Assembly: GCA_025450105.1 (NCBI GenBank)
Contig: JANWIA010000024.1
Span: forward strand, 229-64,228
Direction: 5' to 3'
Origin: Candidatus Doudnabacteria bacterium
GTDB taxonomy: Bacteria; Patescibacteriota; Doudnabacteria; UBA920; O2-02-FULL-48-8
DNA: 64,000 bases
Below are positions 16,830 through 26,144 of this stretch, piece after piece. The notes under the pieces were generated by a model that was given only the letters and a program-made list of their open reading frames with translations, did not search any database and had not been told where the DNA came from. Each line of letters begins with the position of its first letter. The stretch's first letter is position 1. A program made the position numbers and the translations under genes.

Positions 16830-17387
16830 ATGAATATAAAACAAAGAATTGCTGCACTAAACAAGATTGCCAAAGAGATTGCGTTTTGCAAAGCTTGCCG
16901 CCGAAACAAGGTCGGTTTGCCAGTGCCTGGGGAAGGTTCCGTAAACGCTAAAATTGCCTTTATTGGCGAGGCGCCAGGCAAAACGGAAGCAAATACCGGG
17001 CGCCCATTTGTGGGTCGTTCCGGACAGTTTTTACGCGCACTTATCCGGTCCCTGAAACTGGATGATCTGAAGGACGTTTATATTACCAGCCCGGTGAAAT
17101 ATTTGCCCAAGCATGGCACGCCAACACCGCAGGAAATTGCCCATGGTCGCAAACATTTGAATGAGCAATTGAATATTATCCAGCCAAAAATTATTGTTTT
17201 ACTTGGCAGTGTTGCGGTGCAAGCAGTCCTGGAAAAAAAATTGCCCATGATGCAACATCATGGGACCATTATCGAGCAGGATGGCAGAAAATACTTTTTA
17301 ACCTTGCATCCGGCCGCAGGCATCCGTTTTGTAAAGTTCAAAAAGATTATCGAAAAAGACTTTAAGAAAATGAAATCGAATCTATAA
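16830..17387 (+). CDS. Uracil-DNA glycosylase family 4
   Basis: CKAC, GEAPG, GRPFVGRSG and HPAA motifs; start re-called to ATG 16830. Confidence 0.92.
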   Translation: MNIKQRIAALNKIAKEIAFCKACRRNKVGLPVPGEGSVNAKIAFIGEAPGKTEANTGRPFVGRSGQFLRALIRSLKLDDLKDVYITSPVKYLPKHGTPTPQEIAHGRKHLNEQLNIIQPKIIVLLGSVAVQAVLEKKLPMMQHHGTIIEQDGRKYFLTLHPAAGIRFVKFKKIIEKDFKKMKSNL

Positions 17388-17556
17388 AAGAAGAACCGCC
17401 AATCGGTTCTTGTGGGGGAGAACGCATTCTCAACAGAATGTTTGGTCCACGACTCTTCTGCTTCGCACCGACACCAGTCGGTAACGGCAGACGACCAAAG
17501 GCTCCACGTCGATACACGATCGACTCACACCACAGTATTCCGGATTGGCGGGTAAC
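17388..17556 (-). ncRNA. Candidate 6S-like structured RNA (~165 nt)
   Basis: TTGACT-N17-TAGTGT promoter (17561-17589), rod-like self-complementarity with a central bubble, U-rich 3' end; no SD-led ORF. Confidence 0.5.
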
Positions 17557-17663
17557 CACCACACTACAGTTATTTATAGAAGCAGTCAAACTGCTGTATT
17601 AGTGTATAATTTATCTTTATTTCATAATATGTTTTATAATTAAGAGGCAATTAACTTTTACAT

Positions 17664-18452
17664 ATGAGATCAATTTGGACCGGTTCGCTAAGCTTTGGGC
17701 TAGTTAACATTCCCGTGCGGTTATATAGCGCCACAGCTGGGACAGAAATAAGCTTTAATATGCTTCACAAAAAGGATTTATCGCCAATTAAGTATGTCCG
17801 CATTTGCCGCAAGGACGGTAAGGAAGTGCCTTACGAGGAAATTGTAAAAGGCTACGAATACCAGAAAGGCGACTACGTGGTGCTGACTGAAGAGGATTTT
17901 AAGAAGATTAGCGCCAAAAAAACTAAGACCATCGACATTTTGGATTTTTCTATGGAGAGTGAAATCGACACAATTTATTTTGAAAAGCCTTATTATTTGG
18001 AACCGGAAAAAGGTGCAGAAAAAGCATACATTCTTTTGCGCGACGCCTTGAAGCAATCCAAGAAGGTTGGGATTGCGACATTTGTCATGCGCAACAAGGA
18101 ACACTTGGCCGCAATAAAAACATTTGAGGATGTTTTAGTTTTGAATCAGTTGCGTTTCCAGGACGAAATCCGAACACCAGATGAATTAAACCTACCGAAG
18201 GTTAAGGCCGCAGCAAAAGGCAAAGAAATAGAAATTGCCCTGTCGTTAATTGACCATTTAACGGGTAAGTTCAAACCGGAATCCTATAAAGATACTTACA
18301 AAAAGGATTTGGAAAAGATCATCAAAGCCAAGGCCAAGGGCAAGCCAATCAAGATTAAGGAAGAAAAAGAACCGCACGCCACAGAAGTTGCCGATATTAT
18401 GAAGTTGCTCAAGGAAAGTTTGGAAAAGGAACACGTTCGCGCCCGCGCATAA
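17664..18452 (+). CDS. ku: NHEJ DNA end-binding protein Ku
   Basis: MRSIWTGSLSFGLVNIPVRLY, IVKGYEY and YFEKPYYL motifs. Confidence 0.97.
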   Translation: MRSIWTGSLSFGLVNIPVRLYSATAGTEISFNMLHKKDLSPIKYVRICRKDGKEVPYEEIVKGYEYQKGDYVVLTEEDFKKISAKKTKTIDILDFSMESEIDTIYFEKPYYLEPEKGAEKAYILLRDALKQSKKVGIATFVMRNKEHLAAIKTFEDVLVLNQLRFQDEIRTPDELNLPKVKAAAKGKEIEIALSLIDHLTGKFKPESYKDTYKKDLEKIIKAKAKGKPIKIKEEKEPHATEVADIMKLLKESLEKEHVRARA

Positions 18453-18455
18453 TTC

Positions 18456-19064
18456 ATGAGCCTGGCTACATACAAGAAAAAACGAAAGTTCGATGCTACT
18501 CCGGAACCTTCTGGTAAGATTTTGAAGGGCAAAGGACCTCTCAAGTTTGTTATCCAAAAACATGCCGCTACTCGCCTGCATTATGATTTTCGAATTGAGC
18601 ACAAAGGGGTGTTAGTCAGCTGGGCTGTGCCAAAAGGGCCATCTCTCCGTGGGGAAGATAAACATTTGGCCATGTCGGTTGAAGACCATCCGCTCGATTA
18701 TATGAAGTTCGAGGGAGTTATCCCGGAAGGAAATTACGGGGCCGGTGTGGTAATTGTTTGGGATTTTGGAAATTATTTGGCTTTGGGTGCCCGAGACCGG
18801 GCGGAAAGCGAAAAATTGATTGCCGCCGGATTGAAATCCGGCCAAGTAAAAATTGTTTTGAATGGCGAAAAAGTTAAAGGTGGTTTTGCGTTTATCAAGC
18901 TTAAGAACGATAAAAAAGGGAATGCCTGGTTATTAATTAAAGAAAAAGACGCTTATCGGAAAAACGTCGATATCACTAAAAAAGATAAATCCGTATTGTC
19001 GGGAAAAAACTTGAAGCAGATGGAAAAAACAAAGAATCAATGGACTGGCCATGCCGCGCATTAA
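18456..19064 (+). CDS. LigD 3'-phosphoesterase domain (stand-alone ORF)
   Basis: FVIQKHAATRLHYDFR, SWAVPKGP, EDHPLDY and YGAG motifs. Confidence 0.93.
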   Translation: MSLATYKKKRKFDATPEPSGKILKGKGPLKFVIQKHAATRLHYDFRIEHKGVLVSWAVPKGPSLRGEDKHLAMSVEDHPLDYMKFEGVIPEGNYGAGVVIVWDFGNYLALGARDRAESEKLIAAGLKSGQVKIVLNGEKVKGGFAFIKLKNDKKGNAWLLIKEKDAYRKNVDITKKDKSVLSGKNLKQMEKTKNQWTGHAAH

Positions 19065-20970
19065 TTTATCAAATGCTCCGAGGGGTACAATGCCGCTAAA
19101 TGTTAAACCAATGTTGGCGACATTGGTGGACCAACCATTCGACGGACCCGAATGGTTGTTTGAAATAAAGTGGGATGGGTTTAGGACAATTGCACAAATC
19201 AAAAAGAAAAAAGTGGATTTGTATTCCCGCAATTTAGTTTCATTTACAGAACTCTTCACGCCAATCCAAAAAACTTTAAGCAAGTTGAATTTTGACGCAG
19301 TCTTGGATGGGGAAGTGGTTGTTGTCGACGACAAAGGCAAGTCCCATTTCCAGTTGTTGCAAAATTACAATAACACCGGCGAGGGTGCTGGCCGGCTAAT
19401 TTACTTTGTCTTCGATATTTTATATTTGGATGGCCGCGATCTTCGCGGACTTCCGCTGATTGAGCGCAAGGAGATTCTGAAGAAGATCTTACCGAAAACG
19501 AAAAACGTTCGATATTCAGACCATGTTTTGGAGCACGGAAAAAAGTTTTATCAGATCGCCCAAAAGCAGGATCTGGAAGGGATTATCGCCAAGAAGACTA
19601 CAAGCACTTATCAAATTGGCCGGCGTACAATGGACTGGTTAAAAATAAAATTGCACCATGAACAGGAAGCAGTGATTGTTGGCTTTACCGAACCCAAAGG
19701 AGGACGAAAGTATTTTGGCGCTTTGATTCTTGGGGTTTATGAAAATGCGAAACTAAAGTATGTCGGGCATACTGGCGGTGGATTCAATGAACAATTACTC
19801 AAAACCATTCACGGTAAATTAAAACCCTTAGTCCAAAAAGTATCGGCGTTTGAAACCATTCCCAAAACTAACGCGCCCGCAACTTGGGTCAAACCAAAAT
19901 TGATTGCCCAAGTAAAATTTGCCGAATGGACTGGCGACGGCCATATGCGCCAACCAATTTTTATTGGATTGCGAACCGATAAAAAACCAACTGCTGTTTC
20001 CAAGGAATTGCCAAAGGACATCAATCCCAAGTCTATGAAAACTTCAGGAAAGAAAAATTCAGAAGATCGAGAGTTAAAGATCAATAGTAATTTAGTAAAG
20101 ATTACACATTGGGACAAAGTCTACTGGCCAAAGGAAAAAATTACCAAAGGCCAGGTTATTGAATATTACAGAAAAATTTCCAAATACATTTTGCCGTACC
20201 TTAAGAACCGTCCGGAATCTTTGAACCGCCATCCGCACGGTATTGATGGGCAAAGTTTTTTCCAGAAGGATGTTGGCGACATGCCGCCGAAATGGGTTAA
20301 GACCCACAAAGTTTTTTCCGAATCCAACAACAAACATTTGAATTATTTGATTTGCCAGGATGAAGCCACGCTGGTTTACATGGCCAATCTGGGCTGCATT
20401 GAAATTAATCCGTGGAATTCCCATATTGGGAGTTTGGATAAACCAGATTATTTGATTGTCGATTTGGATCCTGAAGACATTTCATTTGATAAGGTTGTGG
20501 AGGCGGCACAGGTTACACATGAAGTCTTGAACAAACTTAAGGTCCCGAGCTACTGCAAAACATCCGGGGCAACTGGTTTACATATCTACATTCCGCTCGG
20601 GGCAAAATACACTTATGATCAGGCCAAACAATTTACCCAATTGGTCGTGACCATGGTCCATAATCGCTTGCCGAACACAACCAGTCTCGAGCGCCGACCA
20701 ATAAAGCGCCAGAAAAAAGTTTATTTGGATTTCTTGCAAAATCGCCGCGGGCAAACTCTGGCAGCCGCTTACAGCATCCGTCCAAAAGCAGGGGCAACCG
20801 TTTCCACGCCGCTGGATTGGAAAGAAGTAAAGAAAGGTTTGAGCCCAAAAAATTTCACCATGTTTAATATTTTTGACCGTCTGAAAAAGAAAAGCGATTT
20901 GTGGAAGCCGGTTTTAGGAAAAGGCGTAGATTTGAAAAAAGTTTTAGCGCGGCTTGAAAATTCAAAATGA
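19051..20970 (+). CDS. ligD: LigD ATP-dependent ligase plus polymerase domains
   Basis: EIKWDG, DGEVV, EGIIAK and WLKIK ligase motifs; FFQK, DLDP, KTSGATGLH and QNRRG polymerase motifs. Confidence 0.95.
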   Translation: MPRINLSNAPRGTMPLNVKPMLATLVDQPFDGPEWLFEIKWDGFRTIAQIKKKKVDLYSRNLVSFTELFTPIQKTLSKLNFDAVLDGEVVVVDDKGKSHFQLLQNYNNTGEGAGRLIYFVFDILYLDGRDLRGLPLIERKEILKKILPKTKNVRYSDHVLEHGKKFYQIAQKQDLEGIIAKKTTSTYQIGRRTMDWLKIKLHHEQEAVIVGFTEPKGGRKYFGALILGVYENAKLKYVGHTGGGFNEQLLKTIHGKLKPLVQKVSAFETIPKTNAPATWVKPKLIAQVKFAEWTGDGHMRQPIFIGLRTDKKPTAVSKELPKDINPKSMKTSGKKNSEDRELKINSNLVKITHWDKVYWPKEKITKGQVIEYYRKISKYILPYLKNRPESLNRHPHGIDGQSFFQKDVGDMPPKWVKTHKVFSESNNKHLNYLICQDEATLVYMANLGCIEINPWNSHIGSLDKPDYLIVDLDPEDISFDKVVEAAQVTHEVLNKLKVPSYCKTSGATGLHIYIPLGAKYTYDQAKQFTQLVVTMVHNRLPNTTSLERRPIKRQKKVYLDFLQNRRGQTLAAAYSIRPKAGATVSTPLDWKEVKKGLSPKNFTMFNIFDRLKKKSDLWKPVLGKGVDLKKVLARLENSK

Positions 20971-20971
20971 T

Positions 20972-21001
20972 TGTCATTGCGAGCGATTAGCGAAGCAATC
21001 T
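20972..21001. repeat. Single REP-like unit (GTCATTGCGAG family)
   Basis: TGTCATTGCGAGCGATTAGCGAAGCAATCT resembles the arms at 14120-14190. Confidence 0.65.
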
Positions 21002-21042
21002 AAACTTTGGTATGATAAATACACCTATTGAAAGGAGTATGC

Positions 21043-21441
21043 ATGGACGACAAAGACATGCCAAAAACTGAGGACGAGTGGAAGAAAAAACTGACGCCAG
21101 AGCAGTATCGCATTTTGCGCGAAAAGGGAACAGAAGCACCTTTTTCCGGCGAGCTTAACGATTCCCACGAAAAAGGGATGTTTGTTTGTGCCGCTTGCGG
21201 CAACCAATTGTTTTCCTCGGACACCAAATTTGATTCCGGCACCGGCTGGCCATCGTTTACTGACCCAGTGAATTTACAAAACATTGAACTGCACGAAGAT
21301 AGTGACCACGGTATGCACCGCACCGAAGTCACCTGCAAGCGCTGCGGTTCCCATTTGGGTCACGTTTTTGACGACGGCCCGCAAGACAAAGGCGGAAAAC
21401 GTTACTGTATCAACTCCGCCTGTTTACTTTTAAAGAAATAA
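21043..21441 (+). CDS. msrB: Peptide methionine (R)-sulfoxide reductase
   Basis: [17 protein letters not shown] and RYCINS motifs; AAAGGAG SD. Confidence 0.97.
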   Translation: MDDKDMPKTEDEWKKKLTPEQYRILREKGTEAPFSGELNDSHEKGMFVCAACGNQLFSSDTKFDSGTGWPSFTDPVNLQNIELHEDSDHGMHRTEVTCKRCGSHLGHVFDDGPQDKGGKRYCINSACLLLKK

Positions 21442-21458
21442 AATTTAATTAATTGCTT

Positions 21459-23306
21459 ATGAAATTCTTTTTGCTCCGAGTTGTTCCTGTTCTCGTGTTT
21501 TTGTTTTGTGCCTTTGCTTCCGCTAAAGTTGTTAATGCCCAAATTTTGGGTAGTACAAATATTACGGCACCAACCGAAGGGCAGGTTATTACGATTGGAA
21601 AAACTTTTGAAATCAAATGGGACAAAGAAACTTTTGAGGAGGATTTGGATATTAGTCTCCATGGCTACAATATCACTACTGGTGAATATGTTGGCGGTTT
21701 TATTAAGAGATCAGTTTCAAATACTGGATCTTATAAGTGGGACACTTCCAGGTCACTAACCGTGGATGATGATTTGTTAGGTGACTACACTACAAAATTA
21801 GGTACAGGATACTCATATAAAATTGTGATTCTCGGTGAGGCTAACACAGGGTCGAATTTTGGGTATACCAAAGAATTTTCGTTGTTGAAATCTGGTGATG
21901 ACCTAAGCTTGGTATCAAAACCAAGTATTAAGCTTCTCAGTCCAAATAATGGGGAGAGTTTCAAGATTGGAGATAAAATTCCGATTACTTGGGTTGGGTC
22001 ATATGTTAATCTTAGCTCTACTATGTATGTTGTAGCTTCGATTGGCGATACTTCGTTGTATATTGCCAAGGACGTTCCGATATCTACTGGTACCGTCTAT
22101 TGGGACACTACAAAAAGTTTCTTAAATCTTAAACAAGCTTATGAGATTGCAAAGCCCGGGGAATGGAAATTAGTGATTGGTGCAACAGATCTCACTGCCT
22201 ATGATTATGCCGACCAGGCAATTAAATTAACGGACGCTACCGGCGTGATCCCGAACGCAAAGCCTCGTAGTTTTGTCGACAATGTTGATGCTAGTGGGAT
22301 GTTAAATGGTTGGGCCTTTGATCCAGACTTTGTGAATTCGGCAATTAAAATCCATGTCTATTTTGACAGTCCTGCTGACCCAACAAAGACTTCTTCTTCA
22401 ACAACGACATTTGTCAGCCGCCCCGATGTAAACACAGCTTTTGGCTTAACCGGCAGTCATGGATTTAGACTTCCAATTCCTGAAATGTATCATGATGGCA
22501 AGATTCACAGGGCATATGTTTATGGAATTGATGGAAGTGACCCGGCGAATAATAACGCCATCGCATCCAATAGCCCATTCAGTTTTACAGTAAAGAATAA
22601 ACCACTCGCGCATGTCACGGATGGTGACTTGTTTGTTGATAACGGAACCATTTATGTTATTGAATATGGAGTGAAGCGACCATTTCCTTCAATGACTGTT
22701 TTTAACCAATATTATTATTCCCTAAAGAATGTTATTCCGGCTGATCTCTCCGGTATTACCTCAGGCGCGGTCATGGTTGCGAATGGTCGGCATCCGCGTG
22801 GAGCTGCTGTTCTTATTAACGGCACCGTCTACTTTATGGGTGCCAATAACAAGTATCCGTTCAATACCGAAACAGTTTTCAATCTTTGGGGTTTGAAGTT
22901 TGAGCAAGTTGTTAAAGCTAATGCCGCTGATCTTACGGTTCCGGATGGACCAATCATGACTCCGCCAGGAACAGCTGAGCCTGGGCAAATTTCGGTGAAT
23001 CCCGATAGCGGGTTGCCTCGTGATGCAAAGTCGCTTGCGGACGTGAGACAAATCATGACTGCCCTTGAACTGTACTGGAACGACCATAACACATATCCGA
23101 CTACTGCCATGGGATTAGCGGCCCTTGTTGTCGTGAACTACTTGAGTAGTGTCCCGGCCCCAACACCTGCCGGGTCCTGTACAGCTACAACATATCTCTA
23201 TACGAGTCCAATGCCGAATATGTATAGCATGAAGTTTTGTTTAGAAAACCCAAGTGGGGGCTTTGCCGCTGGCGAGCACTACGCTACTGAAGAAGGTCTG
23301 CAATAA
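21459..23306 (+). CDS. Secreted multidomain surface protein with a C-terminal pilin-like head
   Basis: Signal peptide, two P..G.....G....I.W Ig-like repeats, a GWAFDPD/RPDV domain, two G.I/VY..K.PF repeats, RDAKSLADVRQIMTALELYWND. Confidence 0.78.
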   Translation: MKFFLLRVVPVLVFLFCAFASAKVVNAQILGSTNITAPTEGQVITIGKTFEIKWDKETFEEDLDISLHGYNITTGEYVGGFIKRSVSNTGSYKWDTSRSLTVDDDLLGDYTTKLGTGYSYKIVILGEANTGSNFGYTKEFSLLKSGDDLSLVSKPSIKLLSPNNGESFKIGDKIPITWVGSYVNLSSTMYVVASIGDTSLYIAKDVPISTGTVYWDTTKSFLNLKQAYEIAKPGEWKLVIGATDLTAYDYADQAIKLTDATGVIPNAKPRSFVDNVDASGMLNGWAFDPDFVNSAIKIHVYFDSPADPTKTSSSTTTFVSRPDVNTAFGLTGSHGFRLPIPEMYHDGKIHRAYVYGIDGSDPANNNAIASNSPFSFTVKNKPLAHVTDGDLFVDNGTIYVIEYGVKRPFPSMTVFNQYYYSLKNVIPADLSGITSGAVMVANGRHPRGAAVLINGTVYFMGANNKYPFNTETVFNLWGLKFEQVVKANAADLTVPDGPIMTPPGTAEPGQISVNPDSGLPRDAKSLADVRQIMTALELYWNDHNTYPTTAMGLAALVVVNYLSSVPAPTPAGSCTATTYLYTSPMPNMYSMKFCLENPSGGFAAGEHYATEEGLQ

Positions 23307-23343
23307 ATGTAGCTTAAATTAGCCAAAAAACACCCCTAGGATC

Positions 23344-23372
23344 TTGACAAATGGGGTGTTTTTTGCTAGTAT
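23344..23372 (+). promoter_or_regulatory. Sigma70 promoter
   Basis: TTGACA-N17-TAGTAT with a TG extension. Confidence 0.7.
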
Positions 23373-23390
23373 TGGAGAAATTCAGAACCA

Positions 23391-23436
23391 CAGTATTGGC
23401 CGCAGTGTGTTTACAGTATTAGCCGCAGTGTGTTTA
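23391..23436 (+). repeat. Tandem 23-bp direct repeat in a 5' leader
   Basis: CAGTATTGGCCGCAGTGTGTTTA / CAGTATTAGCCGCAGTGTGTTTA, one mismatch. Confidence 0.85.
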
Positions 23437-23448
23437 AGGAGGAGTATC

Positions 23449-23751
23449 TTGCACAATCGTCGCAATCGGCGCCGAGGTAGTCGAGCCCACTGGATCCACT
23501 GGGAAGTCATGTTTGATGGAGAGGCACACGAGACGTGGGCTCCAACCAAGAAGGCAGCCAAGAGCTTTGTGCGTCGGCGAGTTGCTGATGGCAAACGCCA
23601 CAAAATGTCGGACCTGTCACTGGACCAATTCACGGCGACTCCGACAGGGACGAAGCCGGGCACTCCCACTCCGTCGCGAGTCACCTCACCGGCAGCAATG
23701 CCAACCCCGGCCACTCGGCCGGTCGCGCAGCGCTTACTCTTTGAACTCTAA
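23449..23751 (+). CDS. 100-aa Arg-rich, Pro/Thr-tailed orphan protein
   Basis: AAGGAGG SD then TTG at 23449; own promoter; AGCGCTTAC/GTAAGCGCT terminator. Confidence 0.65.
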   Translation: MHNRRNRRRGSRAHWIHWEVMFDGEAHETWAPTKKAAKSFVRRRVADGKRHKMSDLSLDQFTATPTGTKPGTPTPSRVTSPAAMPTPATRPVAQRLLFEL

Positions 23752-23802
23752 AGGGTAAGCGCTGTTTTCTTTTGTTTACGCAAAATATGGTACAATTAAT
23801 CC

Positions 23803-25440
23803 ATGAACATAAACGAGATTCGCGGGCTGATCAAAGGCGAAGTTTCGGATGATAAACTGGATCTGTTCAAGTACAGCCACGATGCGAGTATTTTTGAAAT
23901 CAAACCCCAATTAATAGTTTTTCCTAAAGACGCCGATGACATAAAGCGCCTTGTTCGTTATATCGGCGAGCGCAAGCAAAGCGATCCATCCTTGTCGCTG
24001 ACAGCGCGCGCCGGGGGATCGGATATGTCCGGCGGGCCGTTAAATGATTCTTTGGTATTGGATTTTACAAAACACATCAATGCAGTTTCGGAATTCCATG
24101 ACCAGACAGTTGTGGTTGAGCCCGGAGTTTTTTATCGCGACTTGGAAAAAATTATGGATCCAGCCGGGTTAATTTTTCCATCTTACCCGGCCTCAAAGGG
24201 TTTGTGCGCGCTTGGCGGCATGCTCGCCAATAATTCCGGCGGTGAAAAATCTTTATCATACGGCAAAACAGAAGATTATGTGGAAGAGTTAAGCGTGATT
24301 TTGTCCGATGGCAATGAATATCAATTCCGCGAACTGGATAAGACTGGATTGGACAAGAAAATGGCCCAGCAAAATTTTGAAGGTGAGGTTTACCGTAAAG
24401 TTTTTCAGTTGATCGAAGGTGATTACGATGCGATTAAAGCAGCCAAACCGAATGTCACTAAAAATTCCGCAGGATATTATTTGTGGAATGTTTGGGATCG
24501 CACGAAATTCAATATGGTCAAACTACTTGTAGGATCGCAAGGGACTTTAGGCTTGATCACGAAAGCCAAATTAAAATTAGTAAAACCAAAAACACATTCG
24601 GAACTTTTGGTTATGTTCCTGAAGGATTTAAAACCCTTGGCCGATATTGTCACCACACTTCGCCCGTACCATGCCGAAACCTTCGAATCATTTGATGACC
24701 ACACAATGGGGCTCGCGGTGAGATTCTTGCCAGACATGATCAAGAAAATGAAAGGGAACATTTTTAAATTAGGACTACAGTTTTTGCCGGAACTTTGGAT
24801 GCTTCTCACCGGCGGCTTACCAAAATTAATTTTAATCGCGGAATTCACGGGCGATTCCGAAGAAGAAGTTCTGAATAATTTGGCTAAAGCTCAAAAAGAA
24901 GTTAAAGAAAAATTCCATATCAAAACGCACGTCACCAAATCGCCGCAGGAAACCCAAAAATACTGGACTATCCGCCGGGAAAGTTTTAATCTGCTGCGCC
25001 AGCACAGTTCGGGATTAAATACCGCGCCATTCATTGACGATATTATTGTCCATCCCGCCGATCTGCCGGATTTCTTACCAAAACTCAACAAAATTTTTGC
25101 CAAGTATCCACACTTGATTTACACCATTGCCGGTCATGCCGGGGATGCCAACTTCCATATCATTCCACTAATGGATTTGAAAAAGGAAGACCAGCGCCAA
25201 ATTATCCCGGCGCTGTCCGACGAAGTCTATGATTTGGTTCTGCAATACAAAGGTTCGATTACGGGTGAGCACAATGACGGTTTAATCCGAACCCCATATT
25301 TGGAAAAAATGTATGGACCAAAAATTACCAGTTTGTTTAAGCAGGTTAAGGAGATTTTTGATCCGCAAAATATTTTTAATCCCCGCAAGAAAGTAGGCAC
25401 AGACATGAAATACGCTCTCGACCACATCAAACGCAACTAG
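23803..25440 (+). CDS. FAD-linked oxidase (GlcD/D-lactate dehydrogenase family)
   Basis: RAGGSDMSG, GGMLANNSGG, GSQGTLG, GEHNDG and FDPQNIFNP motifs. Confidence 0.9.
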   Translation: MNINEIRGLIKGEVSDDKLDLFKYSHDASIFEIKPQLIVFPKDADDIKRLVRYIGERKQSDPSLSLTARAGGSDMSGGPLNDSLVLDFTKHINAVSEFHDQTVVVEPGVFYRDLEKIMDPAGLIFPSYPASKGLCALGGMLANNSGGEKSLSYGKTEDYVEELSVILSDGNEYQFRELDKTGLDKKMAQQNFEGEVYRKVFQLIEGDYDAIKAAKPNVTKNSAGYYLWNVWDRTKFNMVKLLVGSQGTLGLITKAKLKLVKPKTHSELLVMFLKDLKPLADIVTTLRPYHAETFESFDDHTMGLAVRFLPDMIKKMKGNIFKLGLQFLPELWMLLTGGLPKLILIAEFTGDSEEEVLNNLAKAQKEVKEKFHIKTHVTKSPQETQKYWTIRRESFNLLRQHSSGLNTAPFIDDIIVHPADLPDFLPKLNKIFAKYPHLIYTIAGHAGDANFHIIPLMDLKKEDQRQIIPALSDEVYDLVLQYKGSITGEHNDGLIRTPYLEKMYGPKITSLFKQVKEIFDPQNIFNPRKKVGTDMKYALDHIKRN

Positions 25441-25490
25441 CCGTTTCGATATGGAAAAAATCAGGCGAATAATGTAGAATAAATCAGCTT

Positions 25491-26144
25491 ATGGAGACAC
25501 TAGTTAATTACATCAAACAACTTGGTGATCCGGATCAGCTGATTTTGTTGTTAAAGTCCCTTTTTTCCGGCCATCTTAGCTATCTTTTTTTATTTGCGGT
25601 GATTTTTGCCGAAACCGGATTGCTGATCGGTTTTATTTTGCCCGGGGATTCGTTCCTTTTCACAGTTGGGGTCGTTGCCGGTGCCGGGGAATTGAACATT
25701 TTGCTAATTAACATCATCCTTATTGCTGCGGCAATATTAGGTGACAGCGTAAACTACAGTTTAGGCCGGTTCATTGGCCAGAATGCTTACGCCCGTCCGC
25801 ACTCCGTATTTTTCAACAAGAAGCATTTAGAAAAAACCAAAAAGTTTTACGAAAAGCATGGAGTGAAAACAATTATCTACGCCCGGTTTCTGCCAGTTGT
25901 CCGGACCTTTGCGCCATTTGTTGCCGGTGTGGCCCAAATGAACTACAAGGAATTCCTAACTTACAATATTATCGGCGGCGTTGGTTGGGTAATTATTATG
26001 ACGATGCTCGGGTATTTCCTCGGCGACGTGCCATGGATCCGTGCGAATTTTGAAAAAGTAATTATCGGCATTATACTTACGTCATTCATTCCCCCGATTT
26101 ATGAGATGTTAAAGAAGGGCGAGAAGCCAACTTTAGAACCATGA
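25491..26144 (+). CDS. DedA family membrane protein
   Basis: FAETGLLIGFILPGDS and ARFLPVVRTFAP motifs. Confidence 0.95.
   Translation: METLVNYIKQLGDPDQLILLLKSLFSGHLSYLFLFAVIFAETGLLIGFILPGDSFLFTVGVVAGAGELNILLINIILIAAAILGDSVNYSLGRFIGQNAYARPHSVFFNKKHLEKTKKFYEKHGVKTIIYARFLPVVRTFAPFVAGVAQMNYKEFLTYNIIGGVGWVIIMTMLGYFLGDVPWIRANFEKVIIGIILTSFIPPIYEMLKKGEKPTLEP

Noticed and set aside
17529-23397. 11-nt complementarity (ACCACAGTATT) between the 6S-like RNA and the leader of the 23449 gene
   Set aside because: A match this short is expected by chance in 64 kb.
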